This document shows, one piece after another, positions 39,702-48,202 of a DNA stretch of 64,000 bases. A program made the translations under genes and the position numbers. This DNA is from Rhodoblastus sp. (lineage in GTDB: Bacteria > Pseudomonadota > Alphaproteobacteria > Rhizobiales > Beijerinckiaceae): NCBI GenBank assembly GCA_036796555.1, contig DAIRCS010000002.1:10233-74232 (forward strand), given 5' to 3'. Positions within the stretch are counted from its first letter, which is position 1, and the number at the start of each line of letters is the position of its first letter. The notes under the pieces were generated by a model, which was not told the DNA's origin, made no database searches, and worked only from the letters and a program-made list of their open reading frames with translations.

Positions 39702-40583
39702 ATGACGATTCGATTCATCCATTTCGCAAGCCTGCGCAGCCGCGCGGCCGCCGTCGCCGTGATCGGCGCAAGCCTCGTCTTCACAGCCGCGCCCGGCGCC
39801 GCGGAGGAGCGCCGCATCGTCGCGCTCGGCGGCGCGGTGACGGAGATTCTCTACGCTCTCGGCCAGCAGGACAGGATCGTCGCCGTCGACACGACCAGCC
39901 TCTATCCGCCGGAGGCTTTGAAAACCAAGCCGAACGTCGGATATTTCCGCGCGCTGTCGGCCGAAGGCATTCTCTCGGTTCAGCCGACACTGGTCGTGGC
40001 CGTCGACGGCGCCGGTCCGCCAGCCGCGCTCGCGGCGATCGAGCAGGCGCATGTGCCCGTCGAGCGCGCGCCCGATACGCCGACGCCTGAGGGAGTCGCG
40101 ACGAAAATCCGCGCCGTCGGCCGCGCCGTGCAGGCGCAGGCGCAGGCGGACAAGCTCGCGGACGATGTGGAGCGCCGGTTCGGCGAGCTCGCCGAGGCGC
40201 GCGCGAAGATCAAGGACCGCAAGCGCGTTCTGTTCATCCTGTCCCTGCAGAACGGCCGCGCGATCGTCGGCGGCCGCGGCACGGCGGCGGACGCCATGAT
40301 TACCCTGGCGGGCGGCGTCAACGCGGCCGCCGACCTGCAAGGCTACAAGCCGATGACGGACGAGGCCCTGCTCGCGGCCGCGCCGGAAGCCATCGTCATG
40401 ATGGATCTCGGCCCCGACGCCAAGACCGAGGATGTCTTCGCGCGCCCCGCGCTCGCCGGTTCGCCGGCGGCGCGCACGCATGCGCTGATCTCGATGAACG
40501 GCCTGTATCTGATCGGCTTCGGACCGCGCGCGCCTGAGGCGGCGCGGGATCTGATGGCCAGGCTCTATCCGGCGCAGAATTGA
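39702..40583 (+). CDS. hmuT: hemin ABC transporter periplasmic binding protein HmuT
   Basis: Signal peptide, then RIVALGGAVTEILYALG...IVAVDTTS.YP (cluster-A/type III SBP). Followed by a FecCD permease and an ATPase. Confidence 0.85.
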   Translation: MTIRFIHFASLRSRAAAVAVIGASLVFTAAPGAAEERRIVALGGAVTEILYALGQQDRIVAVDTTSLYPPEALKTKPNVGYFRALSAEGILSVQPTLVVAVDGAGPPAALAAIEQAHVPVERAPDTPTPEGVATKIRAVGRAVQAQAQADKLADDVERRFGELAEARAKIKDRKRVLFILSLQNGRAIVGGRGTAADAMITLAGGVNAAADLQGYKPMTDEALLAAAPEAIVMMDLGPDAKTEDVFARPALAGSPAARTHALISMNGLYLIGFGPRAPEAARDLMARLYPAQN

Positions 40584-40591
40584 GCGGCGCG

Positions 40592-41686
40592 ATGGATGCG
40601 AGCGCAGATGTGAGAAAGGCGGCGCGCGCAAGCGCGTTCGATCTTCGCCGGTCGCGGTCGGCGATCGCGATCGCGCTGCTGGCCGCGGCCTGTCTCGCCG
40701 TCGTCGTCATCTCCATCGGCGCCGGCGCGCTGCACATTCCGCCGGCGCGCGCGGTCGCCGCCTTGTGGCGCATGGCGACCGAGCCGAACGCCGCATCGCT
40801 CGACCGCGACGTCCTCGTCATCGCCAACATCCGCCTGCCGCGCGTGCTGACCGGTCTCGGCGTCGGCGCGGCGCTGGGGGCGTCCGGCGCGATCATGCAG
40901 GGTCTGTTCCGCAATCCGCTCGCCGACCCCGGCCTCGTCGGCGTGTCGGGCGGCGCCGCGCTGGCGGCGTCGATCGTGATCGTGCTCGGCGACAGGATCA
41001 TGGCGCCGGCGACCGTGCCTTTCTACATGCTGCCCGTGGGCGCGTTCTTCGGCGGTCTCGCCTCCACGCTGCTCATTTATATGATCTCGACGCTGCGCGG
41101 CCGGTCCTCGACCAACATCATGTTGCTCGCGGGCGTCGCGATCGGCGCGCTCGCGGGCGCGCTGACGGGGCTCCTGTCCTATTTCTCCGACGACAGGCAA
41201 TTGCGCGACCTGACCTTCTGGTCGATGGGCAGCCTCAACGGCGCCACGTGGATGAAGACGCTCGTCTTGCTCGGCCTGCTCGCGCCGCTGGCGGTCTTCC
41301 TGCCGATGCTCGCGCGCGGTCTGAACGCGCTGGCCTTCGGCGAGGCCGAAGCCTTTCATCTCGGCGCGCGCGTCGAACGCGTGAAGGCGGTCGCGGTCGT
41401 TTTCGTTGCGGTGGCGGTCGGCGCGAGCGTTGCCGTCTCGGGCATGCTCGCCTTCATCGGCATTGTCGCGCCGCATGCGGTGCGGCTGCTGGTCGGGCCC
41501 AACCATCGCACGCTGCTGCCGCTCTCGATGCTTGTCGGCGGCGGCGGGCTCGTCGGCGCGGACGCGCTCGCGCGCACGATGCTCGCGCCCGCCGAACTGC
41601 CCGTCGGCATACTCACGGCAGCCATCGGCGCACCGTTCTTTCTCTGGCTGCTGCTGCGCCGCCGCGCGGGAGACGCCGTATCATGA
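40592..41686 (+). CDS. hmuU: hemin ABC transporter permease HmuU (FecCD family)
   Basis: ATG at 40592 (the track start at 40580 is TTG). RLPRVLTGLGVGAALGASGAIMQGLFRNPLADPGLVGVSGGAAL is characteristic of FecCD. Confidence 0.85.
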   Translation: MDASADVRKAARASAFDLRRSRSAIAIALLAAACLAVVVISIGAGALHIPPARAVAALWRMATEPNAASLDRDVLVIANIRLPRVLTGLGVGAALGASGAIMQGLFRNPLADPGLVGVSGGAALAASIVIVLGDRIMAPATVPFYMLPVGAFFGGLASTLLIYMISTLRGRSSTNIMLLAGVAIGALAGALTGLLSYFSDDRQLRDLTFWSMGSLNGATWMKTLVLLGLLAPLAVFLPMLARGLNALAFGEAEAFHLGARVERVKAVAVVFVAVAVGASVAVSGMLAFIGIVAPHAVRLLVGPNHRTLLPLSMLVGGGGLVGADALARTMLAPAELPVGILTAAIGAPFFLWLLLRRRAGDAVS

Positions 41687-42510
41687 CCGGCGTTCTGGAA
41701 GCCCGCTCCCTCGTCTACGCGATCAGGCGTCAGCGGCTGGTTGACGACGTCTCGCTGTCGCTCGCGCCCGGCCGGCTCGCGGTCGTGATCGGGCCGAACG
41801 GCGCGGGCAAGTCGACGCTGCTCAAGCTCCTGTCCGGCGAGCTTCGGCCGCAATCGGGAGACGTCAGTTTCAACGGCGAGCGCATCGACAGGATCGAGCC
41901 GGTCCGTCTCGCGTCGATGCGCACGGTGATGACCCAGAACTGCCGTCTGGCGACGGCCTTTCTCGTCGACGAAGTCGTTCGCCTCTCCACCGAATTCATC
42001 GGGCGGCTCCTGACCCCGGCGCAAAAGGACGAGATCGTCGACCTATGCCTCGACGAAGCCGGCGTGCGGCATCTGGCGGGGCGCGACTACACGACATTGT
42101 CCGGCGGCGAGCAGCAGCGCGCGCGTTTCGCCGCCTGCCTGTGCCAGATCCACGTGGGACAGAGATTGTCGCGAAACCAGGCCTTCCTGCTGGACGAGCC
42201 GATCGCGAGTCTGGACCTCGATCGCCAGCTCGCCTTGATGGACGCGGCCCGGGCGCTAGCGCGGCGTGACGGCGTCGCCGTCCTGGCCGTGCTCCACGAT
42301 CTGAACATGGCGGTCGCCTACGCCGACGAGCTTCTCGTCATGAAGGAAGGCAGGATCGTCGCGCGCGGGCGGCCGGAAGAGGCGTTGACCGACGCGCTGC
42401 TGTCGGACGTGTTCAACGTCGGCCTGCGGACGAACGAGCAGCCTTTGGCCGACCTGCCGTTCGTCCTGCCGCAGCATCATGCGATGCGGGCGCGCAACCT
42501 CGGTCAGTGA
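41683..42510 (+). CDS. hmuV: hemin ABC transporter ATP-binding protein HmuV
   Basis: ATG at 41683 overlaps the hmuU stop (ATGA). Walker A GPNGAGKST, signature LSGGEQQR, Walker B FLLDEP. Confidence 0.9.
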   Translation: MTGVLEARSLVYAIRRQRLVDDVSLSLAPGRLAVVIGPNGAGKSTLLKLLSGELRPQSGDVSFNGERIDRIEPVRLASMRTVMTQNCRLATAFLVDEVVRLSTEFIGRLLTPAQKDEIVDLCLDEAGVRHLAGRDYTTLSGGEQQRARFAACLCQIHVGQRLSRNQAFLLDEPIASLDLDRQLALMDAARALARRDGVAVLAVLHDLNMAVAYADELLVMKEGRIVARGRPEEALTDALLSDVFNVGLRTNEQPLADLPFVLPQHHAMRARNLGQ

Positions 42511-42950
42511 TCCGCAAGGGTCGGCGCGCGCGGCGCCACGTCCTTCAGCCGCACCACCACGTCGACGCCGATGACCTGCATGCCCGCGGGCGGCGCGATG
42601 GCGAGCGCCGGCTCGGCGTGCGCCGGCATGTCGAACAGCCTGTCGCTCTCCTCGACGTAATAATGGTAGTGCGAACCGGTGGTCGTGTCGTACCAGAGCC
42701 GCGACCCGTAAAGCGCGACCTCGCGCAGCAGGCCGCAGCGGACGAAATCGCGTAGCGCGTTGTAGATCGTGGCCTGCGAGGGCGGATAGCGTTCGGCGCG
42801 CGTCTCGTCGAAGAGCGTTTCCGCGGTGACGTGGCGTCCGCCGCCGCAGAACAGCAGGCGCGCGATCTGCAGGCGTTGCCGCGTCGGCTTCAGCCCCGCT
42901 TCCCGCAACATGCGCGCGTAGATGTCGGTTTGCTCCGGCAGCTTGTCCAT
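42504..42950 (-). CDS. irr: Fur-family regulator, Irr-like (iron response regulator)
   Basis: 148 aa Fur-family fold (LKPTRQRLQIARLLF...HVTAETLF...SQATIYNALRDFV..GLL). Lacks the C-terminal CxxC pairs of Fur/Zur. Has an HYH motif (SHYHYY) where Irr proteins carry HxH/HHH. Adjacent to the heme locus and an ICE. Confidence 0.7.
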   Translation of the reverse strand: MDKLPEQTDIYARMLREAGLKPTRQRLQIARLLFCGGGRHVTAETLFDETRAERYPPSQATIYNALRDFVRCGLLREVALYGSRLWYDTTTGSHYHYYVEESDRLFDMPAHAEPALAIAPPAGMQVIGVDVVVRLKDVAPRAPTLADH

Positions 42951-43111
42951 GGTCCCGCCTCGACACGAGTATCGGTCGATTTGCCGCAGCGCCCCTTGAC
43001 GGAGGTCAAATGTCGCGATCGTGACGCGGCGTAGCGTTTGCAGCGTTGCGCCGTGGGCAAATCAATGCCGGCGCCATCCCGTCGCCTCTGGCAACTTGAT
43101 CGGGATCATAG

Positions 43112-43128
43112 ATTAGAATCATTCTAAA
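43112..43128. promoter_or_regulatory. candidate Irr-binding iron control element (ICE)
   Basis: ATTAGAA-TCA-TTCTAAA, 13 of 14 specified consensus positions. 69 nt upstream of the peroxidase ATG and 162 nt upstream of the irr ATG (divergent). Confidence 0.6.
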
Positions 43129-43196
43129 GTAATAAACCCGTCGCGGATTGGCGGTCCACAATTCGGTCGGCCCGCCATCCGGAAGATGAGGGACCA

Positions 43197-44192
43197 ATGA
43201 CACGCCATCTGTTCGCGCTGACGCTTGCCGTCAGCCTGGGCGCGCTGACCGCGCCCGCCCGTGCGGCCGAGCCGATCGAGCCGATCGCGCCTGCGAAGGT
43301 AGCCAATGCCGCGCAGGTCGAACTCGGCAAGAAGCTCTTCTTCGACCCGCGCCTGTCGAAGTCGGGGTTTATCTCGTGCAACTCCTGCCACAACCTGTCG
43401 ATGGGCGGCACGGACAATCTCAAGACCTCGATCGGCCACAATTGGGCGCAAGGCCCGATCAACGCGCCGACGGTGCTCAACGCCGTCTACGGCGTCGCGC
43501 AATTCTGGGATGGCCGCGCCAAGGATCTGAAGGCGCAGGCCGGCGGCCCGATCGCCAATCCCGGCGAGATGGCCTCGTCGCACCAGCTCGCGGTCGACGT
43601 GCTGCAGTCGATCCCCGGCTATGTCAACGAATACAAGGCCGTCTTCGGCAGCGACAAGATCACGATCGATGGCGTGACGACCGCCATCGCCGCCTTCGAG
43701 GCGACGCTGGTCACGCCGAATTCGCGCTTCGACAAATGGCTCGCGGGCGACAAGAAGGCGCTGAGCGCCGACGAGCTCGCCGGTTATGAATTGTTCAAGG
43801 ACGCCGGCTGCACCGCCTGCCACAACGGCGCGGCGGTCGGCGGCGCAACCTTCCAGAAGATGGGCCTGGTCGAGCCTTACAAATCCACGAGCGCGGCCGA
43901 GGGCCGCGTCGCCGTCACCAAGGAGGAAGCCGACCGCTTCAACTTCAAGGTGCCGACGCTGCGCAACGTCGAGCTCACCTATCCCTATTTCCACGACGGC
44001 GAAGCGGCGACGCTCACGCAGGCCGTGGACACGATGGGCCGCATCCAGCTCGGCAAGAAGTTCACGGGCGCGGAGAATGCGAAGATCGTCGCCTTCCTGA
44101 AGACGCTGACCGGCGACCAGCCGGACTTCAAGCTGCCGATCCTGCCGCCCTCCGTCGACGCGACGCCGCGGCCGACTCCCTTCGGCAAGTAG
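43197..44192 (+). CDS. ccp: di-heme cytochrome c peroxidase (CcpA/MauG family)
   Basis: Signal peptide. Two CxxCH motifs (CNSCH, CTACH). GKKLFFDPRLS, QFWDGRA, GPIANPGEM, FKVPTLRNVELTYPYFHDG are hallmark CCP segments. Confidence 0.9.
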   Translation: MTRHLFALTLAVSLGALTAPARAAEPIEPIAPAKVANAAQVELGKKLFFDPRLSKSGFISCNSCHNLSMGGTDNLKTSIGHNWAQGPINAPTVLNAVYGVAQFWDGRAKDLKAQAGGPIANPGEMASSHQLAVDVLQSIPGYVNEYKAVFGSDKITIDGVTTAIAAFEATLVTPNSRFDKWLAGDKKALSADELAGYELFKDAGCTACHNGAAVGGATFQKMGLVEPYKSTSAAEGRVAVTKEEADRFNFKVPTLRNVELTYPYFHDGEAATLTQAVDTMGRIQLGKKFTGAENAKIVAFLKTLTGDQPDFKLPILPPSVDATPRPTPFGK

Positions 44193-44262
44193 GCGCTGCC
44201 TGCGATCAATCGAGGCCGGGCGATCCTTTCGCCCGGCTTTTTCGTTCCGGCCAAAATCTCCG

Positions 44263-45399
44263 ATGCAGTTTCGCACGTTCCTCAAATGGCTTTCCGCTCC
44301 CGCGCTGCTCGTCGGCCTCGTCGCCGGCGTGTTGGTCTGGGGCGGCTTCAACACGGCGATGGAGGCGACCAACACGCTCGACTTCTGCATTTCCTGCCAC
44401 GAGATGCGTGACAATCCCTACGCGGAATACAAGAAGAGCGTTCATTACAGGAACGCCTCCGGCGTGCGCGCGATCTGCTCGGATTGTCACGTGCCGAAGG
44501 ACTGGACGCACAAGGTCGTGCGCAAGGCGCAGGCGAGCATGGAGCTTCTCGCCAAATTGCGCGGCGCGATCGACACGCCGGAGAAATACGAGGCGAGGCG
44601 CGTCGATCTCGCGCGTCACGAATGGGCGCGCATGAAAGCGACCGACAGCCGCGAATGCCGCAATTGCCATTCCTTCGAGGCGATGGATCACGCAAAACAG
44701 TCGCAGCGCGCCGCCGCCGCGATGGAAAAGGCGGCGCAACAGAACTGGACCTGTATCGACTGCCACAAGGGCGTCGCCCACAAGCTGCCCGATCTGTCGC
44801 GCGAACGTCGCCGCATGCTCGAGGCCTTGGAGCGCGCCGCCGCGGACGCGCCGCCGAAGGCGGGCGACGTCGTCGTTGCGTTGAAGGCGACGCCTTTTCG
44901 GCTCGCGGCGCCCGGCGACGACGAGAGCAACGACGGCGAGATCGCGGCCGGCGCCGAACTGCGCGTGATCGAAGCCAGGGATGAGTGGCTGAAGGCCGAA
45001 CTTTCCGGCTGGCGTCGCGAGGGCTCCGACGAAACGCTCTTCGCGGCGATCGGCAAGCGGATCGTGCAGGCCTCGCTGTCTCCGCGCGCAGCCGAGCAGA
45101 TGACGAAGCTGCGCGCGCAAAGCGATCCTGCGACCGACATGCAGTGGCGCGAAGGCAAGCTCGAGATCTGGACGCAGCGCGCGGCCGTCTCGTCCGATCG
45201 CGCGGCGCTGTCGGCCTATTCAGGCGAACTCTACAGCTCGGCCTGCAACTTCTGTCACGATCTGCCCCCGACGACGAAACACGACGCCAACGACTGGATC
45301 GGCACCATGAACGCCATGAAGCGCATGACCCCTCTCAGCGACGGGGAAGCGCAGTTCCTGCTGCGCTATCTGCAGATGCACGCTTCGGACGCCCGCTGA
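44263..45399 (+). CDS. membrane-anchored pentaheme c-type cytochrome, NapC/NirT family with extra C-terminal monoheme domain (TorC/DorC-like)
   Basis: N-terminal TM helix. Five CxxCH motifs: CISCH, CSDCH, CRNCH, CIDCH (NapC/NirT core) and CNFCH near the C-terminus. Confidence 0.8.
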   Translation: MQFRTFLKWLSAPALLVGLVAGVLVWGGFNTAMEATNTLDFCISCHEMRDNPYAEYKKSVHYRNASGVRAICSDCHVPKDWTHKVVRKAQASMELLAKLRGAIDTPEKYEARRVDLARHEWARMKATDSRECRNCHSFEAMDHAKQSQRAAAAMEKAAQQNWTCIDCHKGVAHKLPDLSRERRRMLEALERAAADAPPKAGDVVVALKATPFRLAAPGDDESNDGEIAAGAELRVIEARDEWLKAELSGWRREGSDETLFAAIGKRIVQASLSPRAAEQMTKLRAQSDPATDMQWREGKLEIWTQRAAVSSDRAALSAYSGELYSSACNFCHDLPPTTKHDANDWIGTMNAMKRMTPLSDGEAQFLLRYLQMHASDAR

Positions 45400-45427
45400 C
45401 CGCAACCCCATCCGCAGGCGAGGCGCT

Positions 45428-46492
45428 CTATCTGGCCTCGCATTCGCCGAAGGCGAGACAGGCGATCTTGCGATTGACGTCGGTATCGCAGCTACCACCC
45501 TGTTGCGCGAAGTTGCGCCAGAAAAAGACTGCGTTTATCCCGCGTCTTGAAACGATTGATTTCACGACCGCAGCGTCGCGCAGACTGGTGTTCGCCAGCT
45601 CGAACGCCACCAGCAGCTTTGCGGGATCGGGCTGGCCCAGCACGGCCAGCTGCGAATCGAACGAGCGGGCGATGTCGCCTTGACGGTTCCTCGACCACAG
45701 AAAAATCGAGATACGGTCGAAAGCGCCCATCAATTCGTGGGCGTTGCTGGCGTCGATGCCGGTGGATTGTTGCGTCGGCGCGTCGAGCGGGTTCGTGTAG
45801 AGGATCGCCTTTTTGCCGGCGCTGTGAACGAGCTTGGCGTATTCCAGAAGGAAGCTGCGCGTGCGGGCTGGCGTCCGGCCGTCCTGGACCTCGTAGTCGA
45901 GCAAAACGCCCTCGGCGTTTTGGGGCAATCGCTTGTCCCAGATCAGGCAGGTGTCGGTCGTCGTCCGCGCGGGATCGGCCTTGGTCAGCTGGACGCCGCC
46001 GTCGCGTGCGTATCGTTGGGCCTGGCCGTCGAGACCGAGCGCTGTCGCCGTCTGGGCGAGCGTGCAGGCGTCCGCGGTGTTCGCCGAAGAAAAATGGAGC
46101 TGTGTCGGGCCGCGCGGCGTGACCCGCGGCCCGAAATTGGGTTTGGGAACCCTTCTCGGCCCGTGATTGCCCCATTGCCAGTAATAGACCGGAAAAGAAG
46201 AGGCGCTTGCGTCGATCGCATCCAAATTCATCGTCGCGAAGGCGGACGCCGGGAAATACGCGGAACGGCCCCTGGCGCCGTCGCGCGGGGGCGGCGCGTT
46301 CTGCAGGATCGTAACCGAGGGCTTGCGGCTGCCGTCGAAACAATTGGCGTCCGAATTCGCCGGGGCCGCACGAACGCTGGTCGGGCCTGAGAAACCATAC
46401 GCGAGAAGGTAGAGCAGCAGCGCCAGCCCGAAAAAGGCGCGGGAACTCGTCGTCCGTGGCGCTCGCGGCAAAGGCATTCCAGATCGTTCCAA
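45428..46492 (-). CDS. hypothetical secreted protein (possibly polysaccharide-active; fold not recognised)
   Basis: 354-aa ORF with a signal/TM-like N-terminus (AFFGLALLLYLLAYGF...VRAA) and non-artefactual composition (Tyr, Trp, Asn, Lys present). I recognise no motif. The start could be the ATG at 46477. Confidence 0.45.
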   Translation of the reverse strand: MERSGMPLPRAPRTTSSRAFFGLALLLYLLAYGFSGPTSVRAAPANSDANCFDGSRKPSVTILQNAPPPRDGARGRSAYFPASAFATMNLDAIDASASSFPVYYWQWGNHGPRRVPKPNFGPRVTPRGPTQLHFSSANTADACTLAQTATALGLDGQAQRYARDGGVQLTKADPARTTTDTCLIWDKRLPQNAEGVLLDYEVQDGRTPARTRSFLLEYAKLVHSAGKKAILYTNPLDAPTQQSTGIDASNAHELMGAFDRISIFLWSRNRQGDIARSFDSQLAVLGQPDPAKLLVAFELANTSLRDAAVVKSIVSRRGINAVFFWRNFAQQGGSCDTDVNRKIACLAFGECEAR

Positions 46493-46493
46493 G

Positions 46494-46529
46494 TTTACGC
46501 CGCAATCTGCGTTTACGCCTCAATCTGCG
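46494..46529. repeat. perfectly abutting tandem 18-bp direct repeat (1 mismatch)
   Basis: TTTACGCCGCAATCTGCG (46494-46511) followed by TTTACGCCTCAATCTGCG (46512-46529), in the divergent region upstream of the kpsE-like gene. Confidence 0.7.
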
Positions 46530-46636
46530 CTGATATTGGGGTTGCGGGTAGGGCTTGGCAATGGGGCCGCCACGAACTATCATGATGTTGCAACGCAACT
46601 GGCTGCATCTATCTTGTTGGCAAATCGGGGTTAACG

Positions 46637-48202
46637 ATGACTGAACAGTCCCAATCTGCGCTGTCGTCGTTGCGTGATCGACTTCAAGCGCGTTCGGCCG
46701 ATTTTTCCAAGGATTCCACCGCAGGAGACCGGGCCCGTGTCGGCTTGCCGCCTTTGCCGCGGCGTCCCGCCCGGCCGGACGGGGTCGTGTTCGAGGCGCC
46801 GCTTTCCGCAGGCGATGTGTGGCAGCCCTCCCAGGAGCTTCACGTCGTTCATTCGCGCGACGATGATGCGGACGGCGCGCCCGCCGCCGTCGATGAATTG
46901 CAGGCGCGGCGCGACGCCCGAACTGTCGCGGAGGCTGGCGCGGCGTCGAAGATGCCTGCGCGCGGTTTCCAAAGCCAGCCGGAGATCGAAGCCGACGACG
47001 AAACTTCCCCGATTTCATCGCTGATGCGCTTGCCGTCCTTGCAGCGCGCGCGGGAAGGCTGGCTGTTCGTTAGTTTCCTGATGGTCGTCGCGTTGCCGGT
47101 GATAGCCGCGACGCTTTATTACGCCATTCTCGCCAAGCCCCAGTATACGGCGGAGTTTCGTTTTTCGGTCACCGAGCAGACTCCTGCCCTGCCTGGAGCG
47201 CAAGCTCCTCCGTCCAATTCGTTGTCGGGAGGCGGGTCGTCGTCGGCGGCGATGGCCACGCTCGCGGCGGGGATGGGAAGCGGCACGCTCAGCAGCGGGA
47301 CGGTCCAGAATTATATCGTCGTAGACTTCGTGAAGAGCCGGGAGGCGGTCGAAGGACTGCAGAAGCAGCTTCAGTTGAAGTCGCTGATGGCTAAGGGCGA
47401 CATTCTGTACAGGGTCGATCAGGAGGCGCCGACGGAATCGTTCATGCCCTTCTGGGGCAATATGGTCGATGCCGATTTCGATCAGGTGACAGGTCTGGCC
47501 TATGTGCGCGTGCGCGCATTCTCGCCGAGCGATGCGCTGAACATCGCGACGACGCTCATGCACATGAGCGAAAAGCTCGTGAATGACATGGCCAATCGGG
47601 CGAACGAGGATTCCGTGAAATTCGCGGAGCAGGAGGTTAAACGCGCGGAGGTTCGGGTGACCGAGGCCGCCAAGGCGCTCTCCGAATTCCGCAAGGCCGA
47701 CAATGTAATCGACCCGAACAGCAGCGCGGTGCAAACCAACAATAATCTGGTGCTGACGCAGCGGCAGGCGCTGCTTCAGCTGCAAACGGAACTTGCTTCG
47801 CTGGAACGCCAGTCGCTTGCTCGCAATTCTCCGGTCGCCGCCAATCTGGCCGCGCGCATCGCCGCGGGAAAGGCGGAGCTCGAGCGTTTGCAGAACGAGA
47901 CGCGCGAGCAGAGCGCCGGGCGCGGGGCGCTCGCGGGGCTGGTCGGACGATACGAGCAGCTTGACCTCGAACGTCAATACGCCAATACGGCCTATATGAG
48001 CGCGCTCCTGGCGCGGGATCAGGCGCGCGCGAACGCCGCCGCGCAGCACATCTATCTGACTCCCTACGCAAAGCCGTTCCTGCCGGAGGAATCGACCTAT
48101 CCGAAACCGATCCGCTCCTTGCTTCTGATCTTTGGCGTGGCGATGTTCGTGTGGCTGATCGGTCTCCTGATCGTACGGACCGTGCAGGATCATCAGTTGT
48201 GA
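46637..48202 (+). CDS. kpsE: capsule polysaccharide export inner-membrane protein, KpsE/RkpR-like (PCP-3 family)
   Basis: TM helix WLFVSFLMVVALPVIAATLYY, then AKPQYTAEFRFSV, a long coiled periplasmic region and a C-terminal TM helix (LLLIFGVAMFVWLIGLLIV). Followed by kpsM/kpsT-like genes. The ~130-aa N-terminal extension makes the start uncertain. Confidence 0.7.
   Translation: MTEQSQSALSSLRDRLQARSADFSKDSTAGDRARVGLPPLPRRPARPDGVVFEAPLSAGDVWQPSQELHVVHSRDDDADGAPAAVDELQARRDARTVAEAGAASKMPARGFQSQPEIEADDETSPISSLMRLPSLQRAREGWLFVSFLMVVALPVIAATLYYAILAKPQYTAEFRFSVTEQTPALPGAQAPPSNSLSGGGSSSAAMATLAAGMGSGTLSSGTVQNYIVVDFVKSREAVEGLQKQLQLKSLMAKGDILYRVDQEAPTESFMPFWGNMVDADFDQVTGLAYVRVRAFSPSDALNIATTLMHMSEKLVNDMANRANEDSVKFAEQEVKRAEVRVTEAAKALSEFRKADNVIDPNSSAVQTNNNLVLTQRQALLQLQTELASLERQSLARNSPVAANLAARIAAGKAELERLQNETREQSAGRGALAGLVGRYEQLDLERQYANTAYMSALLARDQARANAAAQHIYLTPYAKPFLPEESTYPKPIRSLLLIFGVAMFVWLIGLLIVRTVQDHQL

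Noticed and set aside
39488-39817. 109-aa minus-strand ORF
   Set aside because: It is antisense to the short but well-supported hmuP gene and to the hmuT 5' end. The HemP signature on the plus strand explains the region.
46494-46529. CRISPR array or larger tandem-repeat locus
   Set aside because: There are only two copies of an 18-bp unit, with no spacers. No other periodic repeats were seen anywhere in the window.
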